From Antechinus flavipes (Eukaryota): a stretch of 64,000 nucleotides of DNA. The notes below the pieces were generated by a model. The model saw nothing but the letters and a program-made list of their open reading frames with translations, did not search any database and was not told the DNA's origin. Shown here piece by piece: positions 50,345-64,000 of this stretch (position 1 is its first letter; every line of letters begins with the position of its first letter). Location of the stretch: assembly GCF_016432865.1 (NCBI RefSeq), contig NC_067398.1, positions 724,284,001-724,348,000 on the forward strand, given 5' to 3'. Both the position numbers and the translations under genes were made by a program.

Positions 50345-51265
50345 ATTTTTGTTCTGCTAGCCTGTTGGGATCTTCTATTAAGGGTTTCATTTTCTTCTCA
50401 AAGATCCTGATTTCCGTGGCGCTCAGGGGAATATTCACATATTATACACATCCCTGAGCCCAGGGAACTTCTCTTAAGGGATAGAATTTAGGACTCGGCC
50501 TTTGGGACTCTGGAAGAGGGTAACTTTGGATATCCCTTTGAACTTGATCTTATTTTTTTCTCAAGGAAGCAAATGACCCTTTGTGGGCCTGGATGGGGTT
50601 GACTGAATTAAGTCTCTGGTGCCCTTAAGGCTCCTGGAGGGGCTGCTAGAATTAAGTCCTCTCCTTCCCTTTCAGGTCCAGAGGAGGCGGCTTCCAGAGG
50701 AAGGAGGAGCTGGAGGTAACAATGGGTCCCATGGCTAGTCCCCTCCTCTACAGCAATTTCACTTTGGTTCTTCTCAACTTTAGGGGGTCGGAATGCTATA
50801 TAGTCCGACACATCGAGCCTCCTGGGGATGAACAGATCCTTGACTATTAACAACCAAATTTGTTTTTGGCGCACCCAGTCTTCAAGGCAGCCACACACAG
50901 ACCAAATAGATCCTCCACCAACACTGTTGCTACCCCAAAAGGACAATACCTGAGCAGCTTTCTCTTGCTTTTTCCTTTATGTTTTGGCACTTTGTTCCAG
51001 TTACTTATCTCCCAAGGGACTATGTCCGGCATTTTCTGATGTTTTTTTTTTTTTCCATTGTTCTCCCGGAGGGATGGGTGGGACTGGGCCACACCCATTG
51101 AAGTTGGATGGAATCTAAATTCCAAAACGCCCAAACAAGTCAATTGTCACCACTTGACCTCAGTCACTTAAGAAGGCCGATGCTGTCCTGCCCAGAGCGC
51201 CCCTCCAGAGTCTGTAACTGGACTCAAGTGGCTCACAGAGGGCTTACCACTTGAAATAGTCCGTA
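50345..51265 (-). mobile_element. gag: Class I ERV leader + gag (MA, p12, start of CA), paralog of the G1 intron-1 provirus, truncated at an L1 tail
   Basis: NWNKVPKHKGKSKRKLLRYC, IWSVCGCLEDWVRQK, FYPLREVPW, VNIPLSATEIRIFEKKMKPLIEDP (HERV-I-type gag pattern, from recall); same TATA-to-leader junction as G1. Confidence 0.85.
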
Positions 51266-51322
51266 ATAACGGAGGAAAGGAAAGGGAGAAGCCAGGAAGG
51301 AGTGGGGTTCCAGGTACCTCAC

Positions 51323-52450
51323 CTTGTCCTGGACAAAGGATCTAGGAAGAACTTCCTAGTTTCAGCGGTAGCTCCCAGGGCTGGGGGCGCACCCATTGGC
51401 TGGCTTCCAGAGGCGGGGCGTTATCTGACCTGCCTCTTATCGGTGGGCTGCAGTCATATTTTCCTTCCCGCAGCGCCTGGAAATTTGAGCCAATCAGAGA
51501 CACCACCGCTGCCGCAGTCCCGCCTTCGAGGCTCCCCTACAGCGCCCCCTTCAGTCCTCCTAGCAGATTTTTCTAAAAGTCTAGCTCAGGTGGTTTTGGT
51601 CAGCTGTTCTTGGGATGGCCCGAGGCTGAGTCACAAGTCTAGGGAGAAGGGAGGGGCGGAGAGGACGGCCCCCAGGAGTGAGAGGGAGGGTTAGACAGGG
51701 CCACGTGGCCAGTAATTTTCTATAATAGGCAGTTAAGAGATACAAATTATCCTACATCTTCTGTAGCACAGAGACATAATAACCCCATGATACGTAGCAA
51801 AGCCATTGATACACAATAGTCCCATTGTTACGTAATAACCTCGCGGATACGTAGTAGCCCCGTTGACACGTAATAATCCCACTGACACATAGTACATTAG
51901 GGGGTTGTGGTTGAGCCCCTAAAGCTCCAGGCCTGACGGGACTCACGCACTCTCGGAAGCGCGGCCCTGTTCCACTTAACGCACTGACGCTCGCTGACAG
52001 CCATCAAGTCCCAGCTCCCGCCAAGGCTGATTCACGGGATTAGGGGACAGAGGCGGACAGAAAGGGACGCAAGACCCGAGCTGAGCCCGGCGCCCCTCCC
52101 CTCCCCCACCTTTCCCTCCTCTCCTCTCCAGGAAATCCCCCAGGCGCTGCTTCTGGCTCCAGACTTCGGGTTCAGCCTCACCAACCCTCCCCGCGCATCT
52201 CAAAAAGCATCGTCTTTAATTACAGCACCTCCCCGGGGTGGGAGGAGAATAGGCAGGTCCTGCCGCTCTCCCCATCCCCCAGCCGCATCTTTTCTGCTAC
52301 ATTTCCTTCCATTTGTTCTTCCGGGCCACTGCAGCCTCGCCAAGGGCGGCTCTTGATGTCATAAAAGCAGCCCCTGACCCGGGAGGAGAGGGAACATTTC
52401 TAAAGCGCTGTTGGATCGGGGAAGTAACAGGGAGCCACGAGGGTGCACTA
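51323..52450 (-). promoter_or_regulatory. P4: bodiless paralogous CpG-island promoter + exon 1 (donor after 51323); no coding exons follow
   Basis: Direct paralog of 19740-21260; CCAAT 51395-51399 (-) and ~51490 (+); array 51770-51895; no ATG, KRAB or finger exon found between 42010 and 51300. Confidence 0.75.
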
Positions 52451-53002
52451 AAGAGTCGGATGACCTAATTTTTATCCCAGAAGCTACAGTTTGAAGGCTT
52501 ATCAAATACGATTGTGTCATGTGATTGTCACCCCTTTCACAGATACACCATTTTATTTCTTATCCAGTTCTATTTTTTGTTTGTTTGTTTTTGATGTTTT
52601 TGATAACTGCTGCTTTATAATAGAGTTTTAGGTCTGATATTGCGAGGCCACTGTCCTTTGTGTTTCTTCCCATTAATCCTTAATTTTCTTGCCCCTTTGT
52701 TCTTCAAGATGAATTTTGTTATTGTTTTTGTAGCTCAAGCCAATTTTTTTTTTCAGTTTGATTGGCTAGGCATTGAACAAGTAGACCAATTTAGGGAGAA
52801 TTTTTGTTTTTATTATATTAGCCTGGCCTACCCGTGAACAATTGATATTTTTCCAGTTGTTTAGATCTCACTTTATTTGTGGGAAAGGTGTTTTGTAATT
52901 GTTTTTTATAGTTCATATAGTAACTATTTACGACATGTAAAAATTATAAAATTTCTGATAGGCCTTTAAGACTGTAAATTGATTGTTATCACTTAACTTC
53001 TT

Positions 53003-53165
53003 TCTTTTTTTATTATAGCTTTTTATTTACAAGATATATGCATGGGTAATTTTTCAATATTGACCCTTGCAAAACTGTCTGTTCCAACTTTTCCTTTCCT
53101 TCCCCTCACCCTTTCCCCTAGATGGCAGGTAATGCAATATATGTTAAATATGTTCAAGTATATGT
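53003..53165 (-). mobile_element. Short L1 3' end with 10-bp TSD
   Basis: ttaacttctt at 52993-53002 and 53166-53175; empty site at ~21786-21800. Confidence 0.85.
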
Positions 53166-53851
53166 TTAACTTCTTAAAGACATCTCCTGAGGCAGCTACT
53201 TTCTAATTTTTTTTTTATTTCCTTCAAACTTCCCAAACAACCTGACCAAATTCTTGACCCCACTCTCTTCAGAGACAGCTTCACGTTCCCAGTGCCCTTA
53301 TTTGGAACTCATTAACTTCTAACCACCAAAAAACAAAACAAAAAAAATCCAAAAAACCTGAATTTCTCCCTATCATTCTTATTTCAGAAATGTTTTTCAA
53401 ACATTTTTTCAACATTCTTACATTTTTTTCCGTAATCTCTCTGTGTGTATAAATTTAGTAGAATATAAACTAACATCACATATAATAAATGAGGTGTTTA
53501 TATAAAATAACAATTCTAAGATCACTTGAAGAGGCAGAAATAATTTAAAGTCTGTGTAAAGCAGTTCTTTCCTAAAACAATCTTGGTGGAGTTTAGGAAA
53601 AGCCCTACTTTCCAGTTAGTGTATGTGTGTGGGGGGTTAATTTTAATTTTTTTATTGTTTTCTTTTTTTTTCTGATTATACATGTACATTATTTTTAAAA
53701 TACATATTTGTCTATGAATCATATTGGTAGAGAAAAAATCAGAACAAAAGGGAAAAATCATGAGAGAGAGAAAAAGCAGAAGGAAAAGTAAACCGTGAAG
53801 ATGGTTTGTCTTGATTTACATTCATTTTCCAGACTTCTCTCTCTGGATGCA

Positions 53852-54634
53852 TGTGGTGAGTTCAAAATGTTAGGTTCTTGTTCTTCTTTAAAATATTATA
53901 ATAGTTCTCTCTGGGTGCCTTCCCTGGAATCAGGATTTTGTTGGTCCCTGTTCGGGCGCCAAAATGTGGTGAGCTTTTTCTTCTCAAAACACAGCCAGGT
54001 GATAAAAGTTCAGATCTTTTATTATCTCCAATATAGCCCGGTTAGCTTAGAGGCCTATCTCTCTGCTTGGTTCCAAGAGCTCTTGCCGCTTTGTCCTTTG
54101 CTTCTGCCTCTGCTTTCTTCAGCCTCCAGAGCCAGTACTACTCTTCATATCATTCCGGTGAAATCTGTCAAAGTGCTCTCTGTCTGCACCAGAGTGCTCC
54201 TCTCCAGTCCAGCTGAATTCTCTTCTGTGACCAGCCAGCCAAGTGGAAAATATATTCTCTCTTGCCTTGCCTTGGAGAGAGGGTTAGCTTCTGGCGCAAT
54301 TCCGCTGGAATCTCGACTTGTAGCTTCTTCACTCTGAAGGACTTCTTTGACTGGCCCATTGAAGCTCTATTTATGCTTCTTCAAGAGAGGGATTGTGGGA
54401 TTTCTCCCATAGTGCTCTCTGGCCCAAAGAGCTTCAAGGGAGGTGTGAACTCATAAAGTTACAAAGTTTACTTTGTGAAACTCCCATACTTGTGAACTCC
54501 AATGAGTAAAGGTGTGAACACAAGCCTTGTATTAATTAGTCCTACTTAGTACCTTGTTTCAGGTTCTGCCCAAAGCATCTTCTTGTAAGATTAGATCAAC
54601 TCTAATTAGTTAGCAGTTTGTAAGGATTCCAACA
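53852..54634 (-). mobile_element. Collapsed provirus: LTR (54634->53965) + PBS + U5 end of a second LTR, 6-bp TSD gatgca
   Basis: TSD 53846-53851 and 54635-54640; empty site 22457-22462; both LTR ends read ...ctcaccaca. Confidence 0.88.
53944..53961 (-). other. Retroviral primer-binding site for tRNA-Lys3 (TGGCGCCCGAACAGGGAC)
   Basis: 18/18 identity to the canonical Lys3 PBS, 3 nt downstream of the LTR CA. Confidence 0.92.
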
Positions 54635-55945
54635 GATGCAGATGGTGTTTTCTATCCAAACTTCACTGGATTGCTTGGACCACTGAACTGCTGAGAAGAA
54701 CCAGGTCTTTCAAAGCTGTTCATCGCACAATCTTGCTGTTACATTGTACGATGTATTCCCGGTACTACTTGTTACACTCAACCTCAGTTTGTATAAATCT
54801 TTCCAGGCCTTTCTAAAATCATCTTGCTCATCATTTTTTAATAGACAATAACGTTCCATTACTTTTACGTATTGACGAGCATCCCCTCACTTTCCAATTC
54901 TTTGCCACCACAAAAAGAGCTGCTACAAACCCAGGTTAGTTCTTTGACCTAATTGAAGTTCTGGGGCAGAGGCTAAGGAAACTATAAAAAATAAGCCCTG
55001 GAGGCAGCTTTGTAGACTTCAGTACCACCCTCAGGAAAGTTTGCCTGAAGCCCAAAGTGTGGAATGGCAGGACCCTCTAGTTGAACTCCCGTCCAAGGTG
55101 AGATGAGCAGATCTGGGCCCTTACTGTGGCCATAGATGAGGAAGGAGGGATTTCGTGCTGGCTGGATGGGGTCCAAGAGAAAGCTGCTGGTTGTGGTCAC
55201 ACTCTGAATCCCTGATTTGGGTTGCACGGTAGAGGGATGAGCTGAAGCTTGCAGGCTCGAGAAACTAGCGGAAACACCCTGAGATGGAGTTCCAGAGCAC
55301 AATTCAGAAAGGAAGACCTTTACTCAAAGTCATGATTAAAATTTGATTACAATAATAACCTGAGAAAAATAAAATATAAGTAAAATTGAGCAAGCAAAGG
55401 AAAAAGAACCACAGATAATTATGAAGATCTGGGCTTGTATTCAGAGGAAGATAGGGGAAAAACAAACAAAAAAACCACTCGTGCTCTTCCTCTACGCTTT
55501 CGCGTAGCAGGGCTGCGGGCTGGAGCGCTAGCGTGTCCGAGGCCTCGGGCCAGACATCCAGACCATTCGCTGCCTGTGAGAGGGCTCGGGGCCGGGAGCC
55601 ATGCAGTGGGCGTCTATGGCGGACGCCTGCGCTCCTGCAGGAGCAACCACTGAGAAAGCATGCGGAAATCAGAGTCCTGGAAGCCTGCAGATGAGAAAAC
55701 GAGTAATGACGTCTCTGAGCAAAGCCGGCAGGGCGTTCCCAAGTAAAACACAGATCTGGAATACAACCAGACGATCATCTTCCACCATTTCTCCGGACCC
55801 TGGGGGAGAAAGCCTCACCCTCTGCCCAGTGCTAAATTTCATCCTAAAAACTCTTGGGCGGTCCGGGGAGCAGCCACGTGCAGCTTCTGCTTGTGCTGTT
55901 CTCTCTGGAGGAGCTATCCCTAGTAGGTGGGACATGGCTTCCTAG

Positions 55946-56062
<117 letters not shown>

Positions 56063-56619
56063 TAAAGAATTACTTTGGGTTGGAGATGCTACTGAAAAAC
56101 CCGGGCCATGGTTACCGAGGCTGATTCCTGTCCCGAAGGCGGCTCTGATTTACTCAGATGGGGAAATGTCGGATGATGAAGCCGGGCGAACGCTGTAGTT
56201 CCCTCGAGGAGTGTTGTCGCGTCTTCCCTACGATCACCTGAAGCTTTTGCTGACAAGTCTTTCCAAAAGACTAATGGATAAGAAACTAAACAAATATAGA
56301 GCTCCAGAACCCAGAAGAAGATTTGGCTTTTCCAGCCCAAGAGAACCTAAAAGTTCCACAGCATTAGTACCTTGTCTTTGTTTAATAGATATTAAATAAA
56401 GTGATTTTAATTTATCACTTTTTAAAAAAGTGGGGAGGGGCTCGGCATGAAAGGTTTGTTGCACCAGAGTAAGAAGGCAGCTCAGCCCAGCATATGCTGC
56501 CCCAGCAGAAACCGGGTTCCAGGGAAACAGGAGCATCCATGAGGGCCACCTAATCATTGGAAATAGTAGTGATTTGCAGACCTCTCAAGCCACAGGTGCC
56601 AAAGAAAATAGGTCATCAG

Positions 56620-57210
56620 GAATGCACACTCCATTGAGAGTGAAGCACAGTCAGTGCAGGTCCCACAGAGTAAAAGTTATGTTTCTACTGATGTGGATTA
56701 GCAATTATGATCTCAGACAAATTCATGGATAAAATAGATTTAATTAAAAGTCATAAACAAACTTTATTTTGATTAACAAATACCATAAACAATGAATCAA
56801 TGATACTGAACCCATGTGCACCAAATGCTATAGCACCCAAATTTTAAAAGAGAAGTTTAAATGAATTCAAGGTGAAGATAGATAATAGTTTTATAGAAAT
56901 AGAGGACTTAACCTTCCCTTCTCAGCACGAGATAAAATTTAAATTCCATCCCCCTAAAAAAAAAGATAGAAATCAAGGAAGGAAATAGAATTTTAGAGAA
57001 GTGAAATGTGATAGATATCTAGAGAGAATTGAATGAAACTAGAAAGGAACACACCTTTTTTCAGTGGTACATGGTAAAGACATAAAAATTTTGTAAAGAC
57101 AGAAATATTAAAAATATTTTCAGATTAGAATGTAATAAAATATACTGACTAATGGACAATGAAAACAGATTAAAGACTAGTTGGAGGTTAAACACCCTAA
57201 TCTTAAAGAT
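56620..57210 (+). mobile_element. Old L1 ORF2 endonuclease-region fragment
   Basis: gcaattatgatctcagacaaa, tatgcaccaaatgctatagcaccc-like and atagaggacttaaccttccc segments typical of marsupial L1 EN. Confidence 0.65.
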
Positions 57211-58809
57211 AAATTTGAAGCAGCCAAATGATACTGATTTTTACAAAGAGACATTTTCTAAAGACTTATTTTATACAGAAACAGAATAGACCAGAATAGG
57301 CCAGGCCACTTAAGTTTTGCATCTGAAAAGGTACATTCTTTGCATAATCTTTCTTCCTGCCCCCAGAGGGTGTGGGACCATACAGGTTTGTGTATGAAAA
57401 GAGTCTTTCTCTAGAATTTCTTCTAGAGAATATAAATCCATTTAAGTTTATTTACATCAGTTTATCAGGATGGGCTGTCCGGTTTTGCCCTCATCAAAGA
57501 TTATAAAACCATTTGCTAGCAATTGGGGAAGCAGTGGGCGGCTCATGTGGGGATTACTCCCCAATCCTGCTGAGCTCCATGGAGCTTTGATAATATGGGG
57601 ATCACAGAGGAACACATAAAAAATATCTGAAGGGTCATCTGGTTTTGTTTTCCTGGAAAGAAGAAGAGATGGAGCAAAGAAGGGAATTGTCTTCAGAAAG
57701 ATGAGTTCATTTGGTCCATACAATACAGAGGTATCTGGAAGCTTTCATGACTACAAGTGCTTACCCTGGAACTTTAGCAAGTCTCTGTGGCCTGAACATG
57801 GATAATATGTTTTCATTGCTTCCACATGTATAATTTATATCAATTTGTTTTCCTTCTCAATGAAGTGAAAGGAGAGGGAACTTAAAATGTTTTCAGAAAC
57901 TATTGTTAAAAAATATTTTTAGGTGTAACTAAAAATATACCAAAAATTTCACTAAAAAAATGACTTGTACAAACATTCTCAGCAGAAATGCCTGTAATTG
58001 TGTAAAGTTGGAAGCATCTTTTTGGGGGAGGAACAATAAGGGAATCTGAACAAGGTGTAGCATGTGATCAATGCAAGGGAAAGACGCTTTAAGAAGCAAA
58101 CATGAGGAATTCATAGAAATGGGAGCAGACGTGTATAAAGTGATAAAAGCTAAAGAAAATGTAAAGAAAATATAGGTAATGCCCGCTAAGTAAATAATGA
58201 CATTAAACGGCCACATTTTCAGGCATCATATATTGGACAAAGTTGCTGTTATTTTCAAATACATTGCATTTTCTCCTCGCCTTTCAGGGATGCTTTTGGA
58301 TTATTCTGTGATTCTGTGGGTCTAAGGAGCTCCCAGTAAAGAAATTTCCTCTCCTTAAGACAAATGTCCAGGGCTGAGACAGAGAGCCTTAGTGCTAAGA
58401 GTCACTATACAAAGTGCAGACTACCCTGAAATGGCCTCAGGAAGCACAGTTGCTCTTGCAGATTGTTCCTTAACTTTCCAACAAACTGTTGAAGACCACA
58501 ATATTGGCCTAAATCTCATCAGAGGAGGGATAAATGCAGGGAGACATTGAGGCCAGAGGGAGGGCCTTAGAACAGGGGGTGTCAGAGGAGGGAGGGGCCT
58601 TAGAACAAGGGATGTCAGGGCTCAGAGGACCAGGTCCCGGCTCCCTTTGTTCGTTAGACAATGAAGGGACTAGGTGCCTTGTCAAGTCCCAACGGGCCCC
58701 AAGTGGGTAATGCAGGGGCGTTACACGTTCCTGGGCACAGCAGTAGATGGGCTTTTCAGATCCCTGGAGGCCCCTGAGAGCTTGGGAGAGGGCCTTGCTC
58801 ACAGGAGTC

Positions 58810-59833
58810 ACTCCCTAAACCTTGTTGGAAGGAAAGCACGTGTCATATAAAGACGTTGGACCTGGATTCCCGAGTCTGCAGTGGGCCCGAAGCAGAAATG
58901 ATGCGGCAGGTGGATGGGGAGAGCGGCAGGAGCTGCAGGTCGAAAGGCTGAGGCTGAAGTCTGGGCAAGAAGTGGCGCCCGGGGGGTTTCCTGGAGAGGC
59001 GGGAGGGAAAGTAGAGGAGGGGAGGGGAGCTGGTCTCAGCTCGGGTCTCGCACCCGCATCACTTTCTATCCTCCTCTGTCCCCTAATCCCGTGAATCAGC
59101 CTTGGCGGGGGCTGGGACTTGATGGCTGTCAGCGAGCGTCAGTGCGCTAAGCGGAACAGGGCCGCGCTTCCGAGAGTGCGTGAGTCCCGTCAGGCCTGGA
59201 GCTTTAGGGCTGAACAACATACCCTTAATGTATGTATGTATGGCTTTATTGCGTGTCAACGGGGTTATTATGTATCAGCGAGGTTATTATGTGTCAATGG
59301 CGTTGTTACGTACACGTGGTTATTACGTCTCTGCTACTGAAGCTCTAGGACACATTTGTATCCCTTAACTGCGGGTTATAGAAAATTCCTGGGCGCGTGC
59401 CCTGTGGCCCCGCCCCCTCACTGCTGGGGGCCATTGTCACTGCCTCTCTCCTCCCCCGCTCCCCTCGCTGAGAGCTAGCTCGCTAGCTAGAGTCGCCCCA
59501 AAACTGCTAGGAGTGAAGGGATGGGGCGGCGGAGGGGCGCCTCGGGGGCGGGACAGCGGTAGCGGCGGCCTCTCTGATTGGCTCAAAGTTCCAGGCGGCG
59601 GGAAAGAGAATATGAGTGTGAAAGAGGCCAATTCCCTTTTCCTCAACTGCAGCCCAAGGAAAAATGGGTCAACGCCCCGCCTCGGGAAGCCAGCCAATGG
59701 GTGCGCCCCCACCCCAGTGAGCTACAGTGCTGACGCGGAAGTTGCTGTAGATCCTCTATCCAGAAGCTGTTCAGAGGCCATTAAAGTCTGGTTTCTGCGG
59801 GGGCGACAACGCTGGTCCTGGGTCCGGGACAAG
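58810..59833 (+). promoter_or_regulatory. G3 CpG-island promoter and non-coding exon 1 (donor after 59833)
   Basis: Paralog of the G2 promoter; CCAAT 59694-59698; GCGGAAGT 59735-59742; aag|GTAAGG; array 59232-59330. Confidence 0.75.
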
Positions 59834-60202
59834 GTAAGGGGCTTGGGACCCCCGCCCCCCCCCCCCGGTTTCTGCTCCCTCTCCTTACCTCAGTTGTCTA
59901 ATCTGTGAAATTGAGCAAGGGCTGCTGGATCCTGCGAGGACCGCCCTTTCCCTCCTTCCTTTCTGCTCCCCTTCCCTTTTTTTCTCTCTTACCGTCTCAC
60001 CTCTTTTTTTGCCCCTTCATTTCCCCCACTCCCGCTTTCTCCCTCTCCCATTTCCTCTTCCTCTTCTTTCCCCTTCCACTCCCCAAATCCCTCTCTCTGA
60101 CACAGATGATATGGGGCTCCCACATTCCTTTCTCCCTTCTTAGTCTTCACACTAGCCTCTCCCCCGACCTCTCTCCCATGGCCCGGGAAAGGAGCTTCAG
60201 CC

Positions 60203-60750
60203 TGAACGAGATGAGGTGAGATCTTTTAAGACAGTTGTGAAAATCGAGTAAGGCTTCATCTAGTTCAGAGTTTGAGCAGGCCTGAAGGACTTTAAGCATT
60301 GAGTCAAGGGCATACCCAAGTCCCCTTCCTGCTATCCTCCCATGACATCAGCATCTCCCTATTTCAAATATGGGTAACTATGTACTTATTGGTCAAGTTC
60401 AATTTCTTGGGTAGCTCCTGCGTTTAGAATGTAAGATCCTCAGCCAATAAGGATGAGGGTCAGTGGTCGGTGGGGTATATGCTTAGGGATTAAAAGTGAT
60501 GACCCTGCCCCCTATGGTGCTTCCTTCGATTCTCTGCTGGATGAGTAGGCCGCCCATTTCTTGAGAATGTATAATAAGTTTTGCTTTGCTTCTAAAGATT
60601 GCTCTGGCTTTATTTAAATTAAATGGTGACCTCCAACAGAAGTGAGTACAAGTGATAATCTTGTAAAAAATTACCCTGGCACGGGTTCTGTCAATAAAAA
60701 AAGTTATTTTAAAAAAATGGTGACCCCCCTCATCATTTCTGAACCATCCA
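60203..60750 (+). mobile_element. Solo LTR (same family as G1 provirus LTRs), 4-bp TSD AGCC, containing an 83-bp L1 tail
   Basis: TGAACGAGATGAGG...CCATCCA; AGCC at 60199-60202 and 60751-60754; empty site in G2 at 34988-34991. Confidence 0.88.
60632..60714 (+). mobile_element. 83-bp L1 3' terminus nested in the LTR, 11-bp TSD
   Basis: aaatggtgacc at 60621-60631 and 60715-60725. Confidence 0.85.
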
Positions 60751-61162
60751 AGCCTCACCTCCTTAGCACTCCCCAAAAAGTCCTTCCTGCCCCCACTCCA
60801 GATCTTCCTTCCAAGTATTACTGTCCACCCCTTCCCCGATGACCAGCCATTTTTTAGGACTGCTCTGGGGGTGTTAAGGGAGAGAGACAATCTAGGCTTT
60901 ATTTTGTCCCTGACGCCCAAGACTGGAGGGAGGTATACAGTAGGCATTTCATCAGTGCAGGTTTAGTTGATCCAAGCCCTGGAAACAGACAAGCCTTCCC
61001 CCTGGGGTTTGTGGGAGCAGGGAGGACTGTGGGCTTCTAAGCAGAGGGAGGTTTGGGAGCTGGGAGGGGCAAAAGGCTAACCCTGTTCATGGCTCCTTGT
61101 TCCTTTGTAGCTCAGCCTTCAGGGACCTCATAAGCCTCGTACCAGGCGAGGAGGAGAGGGCC

Positions 61163-63548
<2,386 letters not shown>

Positions 63549-64000
63549 GTGAGTGAGTGAGATAAAGTATGTGCCATCTGTGTGAGAACCCCCTAAAAAT
63601 GAGCACCTTGTGATCCTGGACGTGACCTTTTTGGTCCTGAACCCCTTCTCCCACTCATAGGTCTTGGAGGTAATTTTCCTCCACTCCTCTAGTTTGTTTG
63701 GATGATGTTGCCTTTTCATACCAATGTCACTTGATAGTAGGGACAGGTGGAAATTCTTCAGTTCTCTTGGTGCTTTCTGAATGAGCAGTACTGCTACTCT
63801 GTGGGTGGAAATTTGAATTGATTTTATGTTTTTGGAAAGCCAAGAGTAAGAGTGACACAGAGCTTCCTCTTGGACCCAGTGGTCACTCAAGGACTCTCCC
63901 AGGTGTGATTTTCAGATGAGAAATTTCCTAAAAAAATACTTTAAGCTATTTTGTTCCTGTTGATATATGGGAACCAGCAGTTTGTATCTGTTTTTATTAA

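Larger units (their letters stand above)
52450..55270 (+). repeat. Direct paralog of the G1 upstream spacer 21260-23140
   Basis: Colinear matches apart from the L1 (53003-53165) and LTR (53852-54634) insertions. Confidence 0.9.

Noticed and set aside
53944-53961. tRNA-Lys gene
   Set aside because: Only the 18-nt complement of the tRNA 3' end next to an LTR; no cloverleaf or A/B boxes
57300-58300. Faint Gypsy/ERV pol-like fragments
   Set aside because: No diagnostic motif recoverable in any frame by eye

Overview
Vertebrate genomic DNA, most likely a marsupial; a dasyurid is inferred from the L1 3' ends and an OC1-like hAT MITE. The window is a segmentally duplicated KRAB zinc-finger (KZFP) cluster. 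It holds four paralogous promoter cassettes arranged as two head-to-head pairs. G1 (minus, coding exons 17812->12036, 687 aa, 14 C2H2 fingers) faces G2 (plus, 35360->39852, 575 aa, 10 fingers). A 'bodiless' copy P4 (minus, promoter and non-coding exon 1 only, ~51.3-52.4 kb) faces G3 (plus, ATG + KRAB-A + KRAB-B exons in window, finger exon beyond the edge). A fifth, 'headless' and decayed finger exon lies at 5.7-7.1 kb. Intervening DNA is dense in TEs: a ~6.2-kb betaretrovirus-like ERV relic, an internally deleted gamma-like (HERV-I-type gag) provirus in intron 1 of G1 and P4, several solo LTRs, one LTR with a perfect tRNA-Lys3 primer-binding site, many L1 fragments with TSDs, MIRs and a hAT MITE. 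Because the paralogs can be compared, many insertions appear as filled/empty pairs. The main observations: (i) two independent integrations of one LTR family ~145 bp apart at the homologous intron-1 position of different paralogs; (ii) a copy-number-variable 18-19-bp ACGT/TTAYGT array in all four promoters; (iii) modular finger shuffling with a shared premature stop and fossil fingers at both ends; (iv) a minisatellite carrying ten TTCTTAGAA (GAS-type) motifs upstream of G2; (v) an unidentified CpG-rich mRNA-like block. No tRNA, rRNA or CRISPR loci were found. All alignments were done by eye.
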